A stretch of 63,902 bases of DNA, counting the filler, from Olpidium bornovanus S191 (lineage: Eukaryota > Fungi > Olpidiomycota): NCBI GenBank assembly GCA_017911155.1. It is 31 parts of 31 records of this genome, joined end to end, with 100 filler letters (N's around TTAATTAATTAA, not from the genome) between each part and the next. Parts side by side here need not be neighbours in the genome. Positions count along the whole stretch, not along the records: positions 23,144 to 24,603 come from JAEFCI010002088.1; positions 24,704 to 26,977 come from JAEFCI010006732.1; positions 27,078 to 28,910 come from JAEFCI010003283.1; positions 29,011 to 32,227 come from JAEFCI010013155.1; positions 32,328 to 33,472 come from JAEFCI010013318.1; positions 33,573 to 34,651 come from JAEFCI010012684.1; positions 34,752 to 37,171 come from JAEFCI010008546.1; 24 more parts are not named here. One strand, 5' to 3'. Below the pieces are notes generated by a model. That model had not been told where the DNA came from and did not search any database. It was given only the letters and a program-made list of their open reading frames with translations. Position 1 is the first letter of the stretch, and the number at the start of each line of letters is the position of its first letter. Positions 23,328 to 34,752 of the stretch are shown here, one piece after another. Both the position numbers and the translations under genes were made by a program.

Positions 23328-24603
23328 TGCCAGAACTTCTTCAACGGGCTGCCCAACAATGACAAGCAGGGCATCCAACAGGGCGACTGTAACAAGCAGG
23401 CCGACGCTTGCCGTTCGGGGAGCCCGCCGCCTAACCTGGGCAACGGCGCCGACGCAGGCGACACCCAAGACGGCCAGGGCGGTGACAACACCGCAGGCGA
23501 CACCCAAGACGACCAGGGCGGTGACGACGCCGCAGGCGACACCCAAGACGACCAGGACGGTGACGACGCCGCAGGCGACACCCAAGACGACCAGGGCGGT
23601 GACGACGCCGCAGGCGACACCCAAGACGACCAGGGCGGTGACGACGCCGCAGGCGACACCCAAGACGACCAGGGCGGTGACGACGCCGCCAACAACACCG
23701 GCAACGGAGAAAACCTCCAGCCGTTCACCGTCGCGGTCGGCGGCGTGACCGCCCCCGCGGTCACCAACGTTGGCGGCGACCGGCCCTTCAAGGTCGCAGA
23801 CAACGCTAACTTCCCGAACGTGGAGCTTGCGATAACCCGATCGTGCGACGTGTTCTTTAACAAGGTCGGTTTCGTGCTCTTTTTGTTTTCCCCCTCCCTC
23901 CGCCCTTTTTTTTTTCTTTTTTTTTTTCCTCCGCGGAGAGGTCTCCCGACATCTCAACGCCTCCATCCCTGTCTTTTTCGCCTTTCCGCGTTTCCAGTGC
24001 CAGAACGTCTTCAACAGCCAGCCCAACGGCGGAGGAGCGCTTAAGCAGGGAGACTGCCAAGCAGCTGCCGACAACTGCCGCAAGGGTGAAAACTCTGCTG
24101 GACCGGCCGGCGACGGCCAGGCCAACGGCCCCGCCGACAACGGTACCTCCGACAACGGTACCTCCGACAACGGTCTTGCCGACAACAGTCTTGCCGACAA
24201 CGATCTTGCCGACAACGGTCTTGCCGTCAACGGTCTTGCCGTCAACGGTACTGCCGACAACGGCAATGCCAACGGAGAAAATCTCCAGCCGTTTACCGTC
24301 GAGGTCGGCGGCGTGACGGCCCCCGCCGTCACGAATGTCGGCGGCGACCGGCCATTCCAGGTCGCGGGCAACGCCAACTTCCCGAACGTGGAGCTTGCGA
24401 TAACCCGGTCGTGCGACGTGTTCTTTAACAAGGTCGGTTCGTGATCTTGGCTTTGATTTCTCTCTCTCGTTTTCTCTCTCTCTTTTTTTTTTTCCGTCTT
24501 GTTTTGCTGGTCGCGGGGGATCCCGACTTCTCAACGCCTCTCCTGTCTTTTCCGCCGCCTTCCAGTGCCAGAACGTCTTCAACAGCCAGCCCAACGGCGC
24601 CGG
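23328..24603 (+). CDS. Cys-containing repeat-domain protein with acidic repeat linkers (probably secreted/cell-surface); internal fragment of three homologous phase-0 exons
   Basis: Exons 23328-23864 (179 codons), 23998-24432 (145 codons) and 24566 onward each start with CQN; the two complete exons end in ...SCDVFFNK; GT-AG introns. Resembles, from memory, an uncharacterised fungal NLQxFTxxxGGxxAPxV...RPF...RSC domain. Confidence 0.8.
23454..23687 (+). repeat. Coding 39-bp repeat x6 (AGDTQDDQGGDDA)
   Basis: Units start at 23454, 23493, 23532, 23571, 23610 and 23649. Confidence 0.95.
24133..24268 (+). repeat. Coding 15-bp repeat x ~9 (A/S-D-N-G-L/T)
   Basis: ccgacaacggtacct / gccgacaacggtctt units. 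Confidence 0.92.
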
Positions 24604-24728
24604 NNNNNNNNNNNNNNNNNNNNNNNNNNNNNNNNNNNNNNNNNNNNTTAATTAATTAANNNNNNNNNNNNNNNNNNNNNNNNNNNNNNNNNNNNNNNNN
24701 NNNATTTTTTTCTTTTTTTTTTTTTTTT

Positions 24729-24775
<47 letters not shown>

Positions 24776-24852
24776 TGCGGTGGGCCAGTATCCGCCCCCG
24801 CCGGGATTTTACCGCCCGAACATATTGGGACTTTCCCGCCACCTCCCCCCAG

Positions 24853-25355
24853 GTGTCCTGGGTGATCGCATTCATCAGCGCGTGCGTCGCGGCGGGGCTA
24901 AGGAACGCGGCCGAGGACGACGCTTTGCCGAGCAGGGGCGGCGCCGCCAGGCGCGCGCCCGACCCGGTCCTGCTGGTCCCTCCGCTGTCTCCTTTGACGT
25001 GGTTCGTCATCGTCTTCAACCTCTTCCTCCTGGCCGGCTACGTGGTGGCAGCCGGCGGACCGGGCAGGCTGGACAAGTACCGGCGGATCGTATCCTTAGA
25101 TCCGGGGTGGGGGGGACGCGGTACTCCGCAGCTTTCCACTCGAGCGGGCGCGCGTGCGAGAGAGAGAGAGAGAGAGAAACGGAGACATGCGGCTAGCAGA
25201 AGAGAGAACGCGGGTGGCGCGGCATTGAACTCACGTTTTTCGAATCGGCGTCTGCAAAAAAGCAAACAAGCGAGCCGGGACGCGGTTTCGAACTCCTTGA
25301 CATCCTTCTCTCTCTCCGGGGGGTTTATTTCTTTTCATTCTCTTACGCTGCCTGT

Positions 25356-25389
<34 letters not shown>

Positions 25390-26509
25390 TCATGCGTTCA
25401 GCACGGCGAACATCGTGTTCCTGACTCTGGAGGCCTCGGCCTACGTCCAGCGCCAACTGCCGTCGCAACTGGGGCTCGCTGCCGGGCTGATAATGCTGGA
25501 CATGATTTACGTAAGGTCCTCCCTCTTCCCTGTTCGCCCCACTTACCAAAAAAAATCCCCCCAAAAAAAAGATAACAAAAAAAGAAAATTCCGAGGTTTC
25601 TGTTTGGGGAGAACGCCTTCCCCCCCTTCCCCATCCTTACTACCACGTAAAATTCAACGAAAGAGGCCCCGTGGGAAAATGCCGTGGCCACCTCCCCCCA
25701 CCCGCACAGTTCCTGTGGATCATCGCCGTGGGAGCCGAGGACGGCACGCTCGCGAAGAGGCTCACCGTCGAAGCCGAGCTGCCGGCGCTCAGGCCGGCGA
25801 GGCAGAACGGGATCGCCGACGGAGGCGGAGGCGCCGGGGACGGAGGCGAAGCGGGGAGCACCGGCGGTGGCCGCTCCCCGGCGCGAGCGGCGCCGACTCC
25901 GGCCCCGATGGCGGCTCCGGCGGTGGCGGTTCCTGCGGTGGCGAAAGCGGCCAAGCGCCCGGTGTCCATGGCAAACTCCGTCGAGACCACGATGACCGAG
26001 TACGCCCTCAAAGCTCAGGCGCTGTATCCGTGTGCGTATGACGACCGCCCCTTGTTTTTCGTTGAAGAGAAAACCACGGCCGTGTAATGCCGCACGGAGC
26101 CAGGGCGGGAAAAGGGGGGGGGGGGGGGTTCGGGGTGGGGCTGGGCGGGGAAGGAGGAACGCACGGTGAACGTTTGCCTCGCGGTCGCCGTTACGTTGGC
26201 ACCTGCTCGGTTTCTCTCAGATTCCGCCAGCGCGGACGATCCCAACGAGCTGACGTTTGAACAGGTGAGACGGAACGGGCGCGGCGAGCCCCCCCACCCC
26301 CCCCCCCCTCACTCCCTTCTTCCGTCCTCTCCCCCCGTCTCTAAAATGTTTCTCCTGGCCCAAAAAAATAAATAAAATAACACGAAACGCAACCACCTCT
26401 TTGGCCCTCCGTAAAAAAGGACGAGATACTGGAGATCGCCGACAGCAACGGGAAATGGTGGCAGGCACGGAATAGCAGAGGGGAAGTCGGCATCGCGCCG
26501 AGCAATTAC
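24853..26509 (+). CDS. SHO1: Sho1 tetraspan osmosensor with C-terminal SH3 domain, partial
   Basis: [45 protein letters not shown]|FLWIIAVG (four TM segments); KAQALYP|[15 protein letters not shown]|[30 protein letters not shown] (SH3) over GT-AG introns. Confidence 0.9.
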
Positions 26510-27077
26510 GTGAGAACTTTTTTTTTTTGGAGGGAGGGGTAGGGGGACGGGAGGGCCGCTGCAGGGGCGCCCTCAACGTCGCTGGCCCTACCTTTCCGCG
26601 CTCATCTTTCCCGAAAAGCCGCCGACCGCCCCGTTTTTTTTTCTGTTATTTTTTATTCCCATCGAGAGCACGGTGCTTCCGTTCGTTTCCAATCGGCGCG
26701 TTTCTTGTTACATACTTAACCAGATTTTTCTTTTTTTTTTTGTCACCCAGCTCAAATTGCTCACGTGAAAAACGCCGGGAAAAAAAAAAAAAAAAAAAAG
26801 AAAAAGAAAAAGAAGAGGCAACCGAACGCGCGGCGTCTCGTTTCTCGCAGAACACGGAACAGGTCCTGTCCTTTTTTTCTTCTGTTATTATTATTATTGT
26901 CCTTTTTTTCACGTTTAACGCCAGACAACAAAAAAAAAAAAGGAAAAAAAAAAAGAAGCAACGTTTTTCAAAACATGNNNNNNNNNNNNNNNNNNNNNNN
27001 NNNNNNNNNNNNNNNNNNNNNTTAATTAATTAANNNNNNNNNNNNNNNNNNNNNNNNNNNNNNNNNNNNNNNNNNNN

Positions 27078-27402
27078 CATGGAAGCCCTACTCCTGGAGA
27101 AGGATGAATGGGATGACGATGAACCACAAGACGACGGCAGCGAAGCGGCGGAGAGGACCCGAAGGGAGCGTGTCGAGCGGTTCCTGGATGACAACCTAAA
27201 CACAGCGCTATACAGGGAACAAGAACGGCTTGCCTCTGCCACACAAGGGAAGGAAACCGGGAGGTTCGGTGAGGTCCTGGCACGAACAATGCTAGGAAGT
27301 GTACCGACCTACAACGAAGACGGCAGAGCGCCCGCACTGCTGGCCTTCTGCAACAAACTGGAAATGGCAGCAGAACAAGCACAACCGACCGCCCTCGGCT
27401 GA
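27078..27402 (+). mobile_element. Retrotransposon gag-like remnant
   Basis: LGSVPTYNEDGRAPALLAFCNKLE parallels LPKYDGKRDAAALRTY of the gag at ~20220. Confidence 0.5.
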
Positions 27403-28199
27403 CCCTCAACGACGAGGCCACCCTTTGGCTGAGTCACACGAAGAGTACCCGACTACCGGCGCCGGTCAAGTTGGGAAGAACTGCGAGAAGGGTTGGGCAG
27501 CATTTTCTACCCAAAAGAGTACGCCCAGACCATAGGTGTGATGCGCGCACCTCGAGCCCCGTCCGGGACGCCACCACCGGCAACCCTTGCGGACGGGGTC
27601 ACGTGACCCAGACACAACACCCCCGCAATAAACCCCCGAGCCCCCCGGAATCCCCGCGTGTGCAGCATACCCGCCAACACACTCTCCGACGGGACCCGCA
27701 CGGAGGCAAGCGAGGCGGAGGGACCAACCAACAACCATGGGCGTCGACCGCGAGACAGCCCGCTGTCGGGAAAGGATGGGCGAAGTTGCACTTAACCGCA
27801 GGGGCCCGTGGACAGTGGGCTGACGGTCGTTTCTAGCAATAGCGGTCGCTCTATTCTCTCATTTTATCGACGCGAGTTTTTGGTGTGTTCTATCTTGGGG
27901 GGGTTTTATCTGCGTACAGCCGTCGAACGCGTAATCCATCACTACGCGTCAAATTGAAGTCGAGAGGGAATAGAAAGGCAATCAAAGTCGAAACAGAATT
28001 GAACTCGAAGGAGGCAGAATTGAAATCGAAATTGAACAGAATGACTCGAAATCGAGCAGAGTGCAATTGAAAGCGAACAGAATAAAATCGACGTCAAACA
28101 GAACGGAATCAAAATCGCCCAGAATAAAATTCACACCACATGTCTCAAAAGTACATTGACGAGACATAAAATCTGAATTTACACAATGAATCTACATGG

Positions 28200-28910
28200 T
28201 TGACCGACGATTCTTCCGACAACACGCTTCCCGTTGGTCGGGGAAGCCTCTCCGCTGATCCCGACAACGTAACCATCATAGCATCGTCGGTAGGTTGCCA
28301 TTCTACTGCGCAACCGGGCGCTTCAGCCACATTGCAAAAGCCCAAGGTCCGCACGTCGTCAGCAGCGCTAACCAGCAGGTCGGCATCCGTCGGCCGCCCT
28401 ATACAGACACGCAGCAGGACGGCAAGAGCAGCAACTACAGCTCACGCTTCCTCGTCAGCTGCGCCTGCGCCCCGCACCAGGACAACAGGAGTGACATTCA
28501 ACCCAATCGCCATTGTTGACACCAGCAAGGAGAGCACCCTCGGATTTGGCTTCACCACGTCTGACACACCGCGCCCTCCGCCTACACCCCCTGGTGGCTT
28601 CCCACCAGGTCTGACCCCTCCGTCAACAGCTGCGCCACTTTTTCCGGTCAACCCACCACGCGGGTTCTTTCCAGGATGCCTGCAGTCATTTCCTGACAAG
28701 CTTGGGAACCGTCTGCACATCAAACCCCCCATCGCTGGACAGGCTGTTAGTGAGGAGCACGTTGCGGAGCGAGTCCTTGGTGGTGGTCCGTCGCAAGATG
28801 CCGCACACGCTTCCTCCGCAGCCGATACATATTTCCCGGTGAGTGAACATGACGAAGATGTTGAAATTTTCCCACGTGACCCGATGCCACCAAGGAGTGA
28901 CCGACGGCGA
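28200..28910 (+). other. Intronless Pro/Ser/Thr-rich ORF, possibly a disordered gag N-terminus
   Basis: Open to the contig end; follows an AT-rich repetitive stretch ending ...CTACA|TGG; no domain recognised. Confidence 0.3.
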
Positions 28911-29010
28911 NNNNNNNNNNNNNNNNNNNNNNNNNNNNNNNNNNNNNNNNNNNNTTAATTAATTAANNNNNNNNNNNNNNNNNNNNNNNNNNNNNNNNNN
29001 NNNNNNNNNN

Positions 29011-31457
29011 CATGTCGTTCAAGACGAGAGCTTCGAAGCTGTAACTGCGGCGGCACGTGGAGGCGGCGTTTTAGTCGATACGGAGGACCAAATGCCGCAA
29101 AGCGACGGGTTTTCCCTCACGTCTGGTAGTTGATGAGCTGGACCAGCTGCCAAAACCGAGGGAGCGGTCTTGGGGCGAACAGGTGCCGTTGCGAGAGCTT
29201 GATAATGGTCCGCAGTCGTCAACAGCGTTGGCCAGAGCCGTCGGCCCGTCGGGCCGCAAAAAAGTGCCTTAAAAAGTGCAGCTTACAATGGACACGGACG
29301 CCAAGAACGCGGCGGAGAATAATATCCTCATCATGCCGGCGGTTAATGCCGCCACGAGGCCGACGATGGACTCGGCGATGAAGACAGTGACCCACAGGAT
29401 GAGCAGGAACTTGCCGAATGCGGCGCCGTTGGGGTTGAGCCCGGCGATGTAATAAACGAGGGTCGAGTAGGTCGTGGCCATGAGGAACGAGGAGACCACG
29501 AGCACCGCCGACTGGGCGGCCGCGAAGGCCGCCGAGCTGTACAGCTTCGCCACGGCGCACTCGCCGAGCGCGCGGCGGTGGTCGTCGCAGAGGCCCGGCG
29601 CGCCGGAGACCGACATGGCCGAGAGGACGGCGACGGAGGCGAAAAGGGCGAAAACGCGGGATGGAATCTGGGCTTCCGAGGTGCCGACCTGCACCCAGAT
29701 CGTGCCGATCACGAATGCCATGATCGCTGTAATAAAGATGACGGATTTCTGCGACCGTTACGTTCTCCCCAGAACGCGTATAAAAGCAACGAAGCGCGCG
29801 GGTGCGACCATCGGTACCATAGGACATCAGTCTAATGCCGGACGATCGGCGGGCAGCAGAAAAGGCGTGCTTCAGTGGCTAAGCTTCGTGCGATTCCCGT
29901 AAAACGTGTCGGAACTCCCGAGGATTACCTGACCCAAAACCTCAGGACGCTCCTTCGCATCTGGACGATTTCCCTTTTCAGCAGGACGTGGACCTGACCG
30001 AACCACCGGACGGGGTGCAGCCTGCCCGCGGTTCTGTTCGCTCCGATCCTTTTCTTCTTCTTCCCCTTGAGCGGGTCGATATTCTCGTCGATCTTTCCCG
30101 TGAGCCGCGCCATTGTCCGCTCCAACGAAACCTGCGCCTTCACTTGGTCGCCCTCGTCCGATTCCTCCCACACGCGCGCGAGATGGTCGATGCGGACTTT
30201 CGCGGATTCGTCTCCTTGGGCGGCGAAGATCTGCCGGACATGCTCCGAGACTGAGACCCCCGGCGGGACGGAAAAGCCCAGTCGCGAGAAGTATTCGGGC
30301 GCGCCGCGCGAAGAGCCGAAGTAGATCGTACTGGTTTAGGGTTTGGGGAAAAGGCAAAGGAAAGGGAAGAGGCGCGTTTCTGTGTGACCGACGTCGATAG
30401 GGCGCCGGCCGTTTGGAAATCGGCCTTCCCCGCTGTGCCGTGAGCAGCTCACCTTCCCTGAGAAAGAATCAGCGTCTTGTCGAAAAATTCCAGGGTTTGG
30501 CATCCTGGATATTCCATGGTGCAGACCGTACACAGCCGGCCATCTCTCGTGATCTTCGTCAAAACCCGGATCAGCTCCGCGCCCTCCACTTCGCTGAGGC
30601 CCGCTGTGGGCTGTACACCAGGGTCAGGCTCCATCAGGCATCATCGGTTTCTGCACGTGCCCTGCTGGAGCAGCGGTCTGGCGAGGAGCGGGGCACGAAC
30701 CTCCGACAGCAAGTTTATCGGCTTCTTCACGGGCATCCTGCGCAGCCGGAACCGGCGCGCCAAACTTTTAAATACGCGGATAAGCGTCCTGGCAAAAGAA
30801 AAAAGAAAAGCATTCGGGACGTACTGTGAGGCTATCAGGACTCGGCGCCTCAGTCCTGGGGAGAGCCCCGGCGAGAAAAGCGATTCTCCGATCCGACGGT
30901 GCTTGACGCGTTCAAGTTGGAAGTCACGCACAAGCGCGTTTGCCCGGTAATAGGAATCCCGCCCGCCGGTATTGCCAAGCATGCTGACAGCCGAACGATA
31001 AGCCCGTGGAATGCGAGGTCAAAAAGCGGCGGCCGGGCGCTAATTAGTGCCGTTGGCACGCGGCAAATCACGAAGAGAGCCGGGAACGCCCCACGGAGCT
31101 ACCCTAAGTCCACGTGTTCCAGAAGAGTTTCTGCAACGGTGAAGACGTCTGCCGGATCATGGAAGACGTCAGCGGCGCTGTTCGTCTAACGCGAGCGACG
31201 TGATAAAGCACATTTATTCTGCGCACCGATCAGGGAGTCTTCGTTCGCTATGTAGTTGGCGATCGGTTGCGCATCGTCCGGACAGCCGTCCACGAGTACA
31301 TCGCCGCCGAACAGTTGCAGCTGCTCCCTCCCAGAGAGCACGTTGAGGAACAGCAACCGCTCTGCCGGAGTTGCACTCACAACTGTCGGAACGCCGGCCC
31401 ATGAGCCGCGCCTTGTAAGGTTCTGGGCTTTCCCGTCGCTCGCCACCTAGCAACCTC

Positions 31458-31488
<31 letters not shown>

Positions 31489-31511
31489 CCCGCTCCCCCC
31501 CCCCCCCCCCC

Positions 31512-31544
<33 letters not shown>

Positions 31545-31877
31545 CTTCCCGGCTCACGTACCAGCCAGCGACTCCCCGGGCTTCAGGATGCCGTCGAGGT
31601 GGCGGAGGACGACGTCCCCCGCCGCCTCCCGGCGAACGCAGGAGAGGTCGTTCCACGCGAGGCTGACGCCGTAGTCGGCGACGGGGATGTCGATCGCGAC
31701 GCTCCCGAGGGCGGCGGCCGGCGCCGACGACGCGAGCCGCGACGCGGCGGGCGACGCGAGGGCGTCGGCGGCGGACCGCCTGTTGCCGGCGCCAGGGTCC
31801 CGCTCGCCCCACCGCGACGCGTCCGCGCGATCCGACGCAGGCCGCGCCGGCGCCCGGCTCCCGCCGGTGGTCTCCAT
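29011..31877 (-). CDS. ABCG (White/BCRP-like) half-transporter with degenerate nucleotide-binding domain, 3' partial
   Basis: SLAWNDLS...LRHLDGILKPGESLA; FLNVLSGR; YIANEDSLI|DVFTVAETL; GLSPGLRRRV; MEPDPG; YFGSSRGAPEYFSRLGF; ABC2-type TMD MAFVIGTIWVQVG...YYIAGLNP...FGKFLLILWVT; LPRFWQLVQLINYQT. Confidence 0.85.
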
Positions 31878-32103
31878 GAATTTTGCTTCCGGGTCCGCGG
31901 CGGGGTCGCCGCAGAAAAAAACCGGAGCGGGGGAAACACGGAGGAGGGGGGGAGGGAAGGTGGGGTGGCTCGCCTCTCCCGGTTCGCACGCGCGCGGGCG
32001 TCGTCGTCGCGCGCCGCCGCGGGGTCCGGCCGTGCAACTGCCTAGCGCCAGATGCTTCGCGACGGGTCCCGCTCCAAAACGCGCGGCGGCCCGCGTGCGC
32101 GGC

Positions 32104-32140
<37 letters not shown>

Positions 32141-32327
32141 GGGGGCGGGGGGGGGGGGGGGGGGGGGGGGGGCCGGGGGGGCGGGAAAGGAAAGTTTTTT
32201 TTTTTTTTTTTTTTTTTCTTCTTTCGCNNNNNNNNNNNNNNNNNNNNNNNNNNNNNNNNNNNNNNNNNNNNTTAATTAATTAANNNNNNNNNNNNNNNNN
32301 NNNNNNNNNNNNNNNNNNNNNNNNNNN

Positions 32328-33211
32328 CATGATCGAACAAGTTCCTCGCGTGGTTGATGAATTTGTTCTTAACCTCCATTTCGATGTACCGGAGCCATAC
32401 ACCAACGTTCCGCCGATCAATATCAAGGCACCGCTCGAAAACTGAACGTGCCCTGAATATTATAAAAATGCGCAGATTCCCAGGCGTTAGCGCACAATCC
32501 CTGCGGGTCAGTCTTAACAAGCGTACAGGGCCCTCAACACGGCGGGCGTGACACGCCATAAAACATGCGGAGCTCGAGATTCAAGATTGCGTTGGCTGAC
32601 CTGTTATACTCCTTTTGGCTCTCCTCCCACGACGCATATCTCAGCCACGCGGATATATTCAGCCTGTTTCTGCGGATGGCGTCCTCAAACTCTTTCCGCT
32701 TCCTCAAACGGTAATCAGCCAGCTCCTCGCCGTCCAGGATTTTCTGCTTCGGCGGACGAAGCGTGGGCTCCATGCGCTCTGTCGCCTCCCGCAGGATCTG
32801 TTATTACGGGGCAAAGCGGCCGATAAGAGACGGCCTCAGCCGAGGTCCGCGGCGAAACGTCTGTCGCATGTTTCAGGGCAGACAGTCACAGCTTTGGTGG
32901 TGGGGTGATGGTAGGGGGGAACCACAACGTTTCGCGCAACAGGCCAAACCTACCTGCTCTGCGGTGATCTGCACGGGGGCGGCATTCTTGTTCTTGACCT
33001 GGCAAGGTGGACGAGGAGGCAGATGACAAACGGCAGACGGCGCGGCAGGTGGGGAAAAACGGTGGGAAACGGGGAACGCGGCGGGGCTTCAGAGACGCAA
33101 AGCGACGAAGCGGGGCGCCAGGCGGAAAAGCAGGTGGCAAAGCTGTGCTGCCGCGCGTCCCCTGGGGGGTCTTCCCGCCCGCCGCTCGCTTGACTGCTGC
33201 CCCTGATCCAT
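32328..33211 (-). CDS. CLF1: Pre-mRNA splicing factor Clf1/crooked neck, 5' part
   Basis: RPPR|[15 protein letters not shown]|ILREA...[29 protein letters not shown]...[16 protein letters not shown]|[10 protein letters not shown]...[23 protein letters not shown]. Confidence 0.96.
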
Positions 33212-33433
33212 GGTTGGACGGAAACGCACGGCGTTTCGTTCCTGCCGAAGTTAAGGGTCGACCGTCCTGCGCGAGGTAAAGTTGCAGGACGCGAAACGCG
33301 GAGGGGGGGGGGAGGATGGGGCGGGGAGGAGGAAAGGTGTCGCCTTCGAGGCCTTCCCGCTGTCTGTGTGCGCGAGAAACCCCGGAACGGTTCGGCCGAC
33401 GGGGCGGAACGGGAGTGGAGCGAGACAAACAAA

Positions 33434-33471
<38 letters not shown>

Positions 33472-33887
33472 CNNNNNNNNNNNNNNNNNNNNNNNNNNNN
33501 NNNNNNNNNNNNNNNNTTAATTAATTAANNNNNNNNNNNNNNNNNNNNNNNNNNNNNNNNNNNNNNNNNNNNAACTCATTCTGTCCCCCATTGATGTAAC
33601 TACCACTAAAGAGAGGACAGCACATAAACACCTTCATAGTCACCAGCGGTCCATCCGTACAGTTGACACTATGCAGCGCTCCCTTGAATCATGGCTTCAG
33701 GAAATTTTTTCCCCCTCATCTGGCTAAATAAGTTGAAAAATTCAAGCTTTAGTGCAGGTCTTTTTTTTTTTTTTTTTTTTTTTTACCTCACATAGTTATT
33801 TCTGCCTTTTGGACATAACGCAAGGCGTACACCTTAATCGCCATAGGACGAAGCCAGAGGAGGGATAATTTGAAATTACCCGAGGAT

Positions 33888-33968
33888 ATAGCTTATCAGG
33901 GGGATAACGTATCCGAATAAAGGCGAATATAACTTATCAGGGGGATAACGCATCCGAGGAAAGGCGAC
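33888..33968. repeat. 41-bp direct repeat x2, each containing inverted GATA motifs (CTTATC-agggg-GATAAC)
   Basis: Cores at 33892-33908 and 33933-33949. Confidence 0.8.
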
Positions 33969-34368
33969 AGAGTGCGCGCCAGACCGAAGAGGGGAGCCTA
34001 GAACGTGAGAGAACTTTTGCCGTTGGGGCGAAAGCCGAAAAAAGGGTACGTGCGCTGAGTTCTCTACTGCACCCGGGCGGGCCCCCGGGAGCAGAAGAAA
34101 GGTTGCGTGGGTCCGCGAAAGCATCGCTCTGGTGCCGCAAGGAATATCGGGCCTTGCCTTTTTGCCGCGGCCTCTTTCAAGGTCAGAGAAGTGCCTGTCG
34201 GCGAAGAAGTGGCGTGCGACCGGCCCCCCTTCCCCGGGCAAAATCCGGCCCCCCCAAAAAACCGGCCCCGGTTTTGCACACAAGAAGTTCGTTCCCCTTT
34301 CGCACGCGCTTACAGCGAGACTTTATAGAACGACCTCCGGTGGAGACACCCGCAAAGCGCAAGGACCG

Positions 34369-34613
34369 ATGTCTACTGTCACGCGGAACGCTCTGGAGCG
34401 CATCACTTCCACCGCGCGGCCGCTGTCGCGCGCGTTGAGTCGGATGCAGCTGCGCCGGACCGGAGCTGCGGCTGCCTCGGCCGGCCCACGTCACGCGCTC
34501 GTTACCCGTAACGGGCAGTCTAACTCCGGGGGCGCGATCTTCACGCTCCCGAGTTTGCGGGGCATGTCCACTACGCGTGCGGTCCCGCGCGGCGAAAACG
34601 TATCGGAGGATAG
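34369..34613 (+). CDS. Probable first exon encoding a mitochondrial presequence-like N-terminus (gene unidentified)
   Basis: MSTVTRNALERITSTARPLSRALSRMQLRR... is Arg/Ser/Thr/Ala-rich with almost no acidic residues; ends at donor AG|GTGAGG. Confidence 0.4.
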
Positions 34614-34752
34614 GTGAGGAGAAGGGAACAGAAGAAAAAAACGGCCGGGACNNNNNNNNNNNNNNNNNNNNNNNNNNNNNNNNNNNNNNNNNNNNTTAAT
34701 TAATTAANNNNNNNNNNNNNNNNNNNNNNNNNNNNNNNNNNNNNNNNNNNNC

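Noticed and set aside
23088-24594. ORF-track proteins with VVTALVVLGVACG / TPQATPKT repeats
   Set aside because: These are off-frame or antisense readings. Only the + frame starting at 23328 fits the GT-AG boundaries and the Cys domain.
28197-28214. TGGTTGACC... as a definite tRNA primer-binding site
   Set aside because: The downstream bases do not fit the expected complement of a T-arm; kept only as a low-interest lead.
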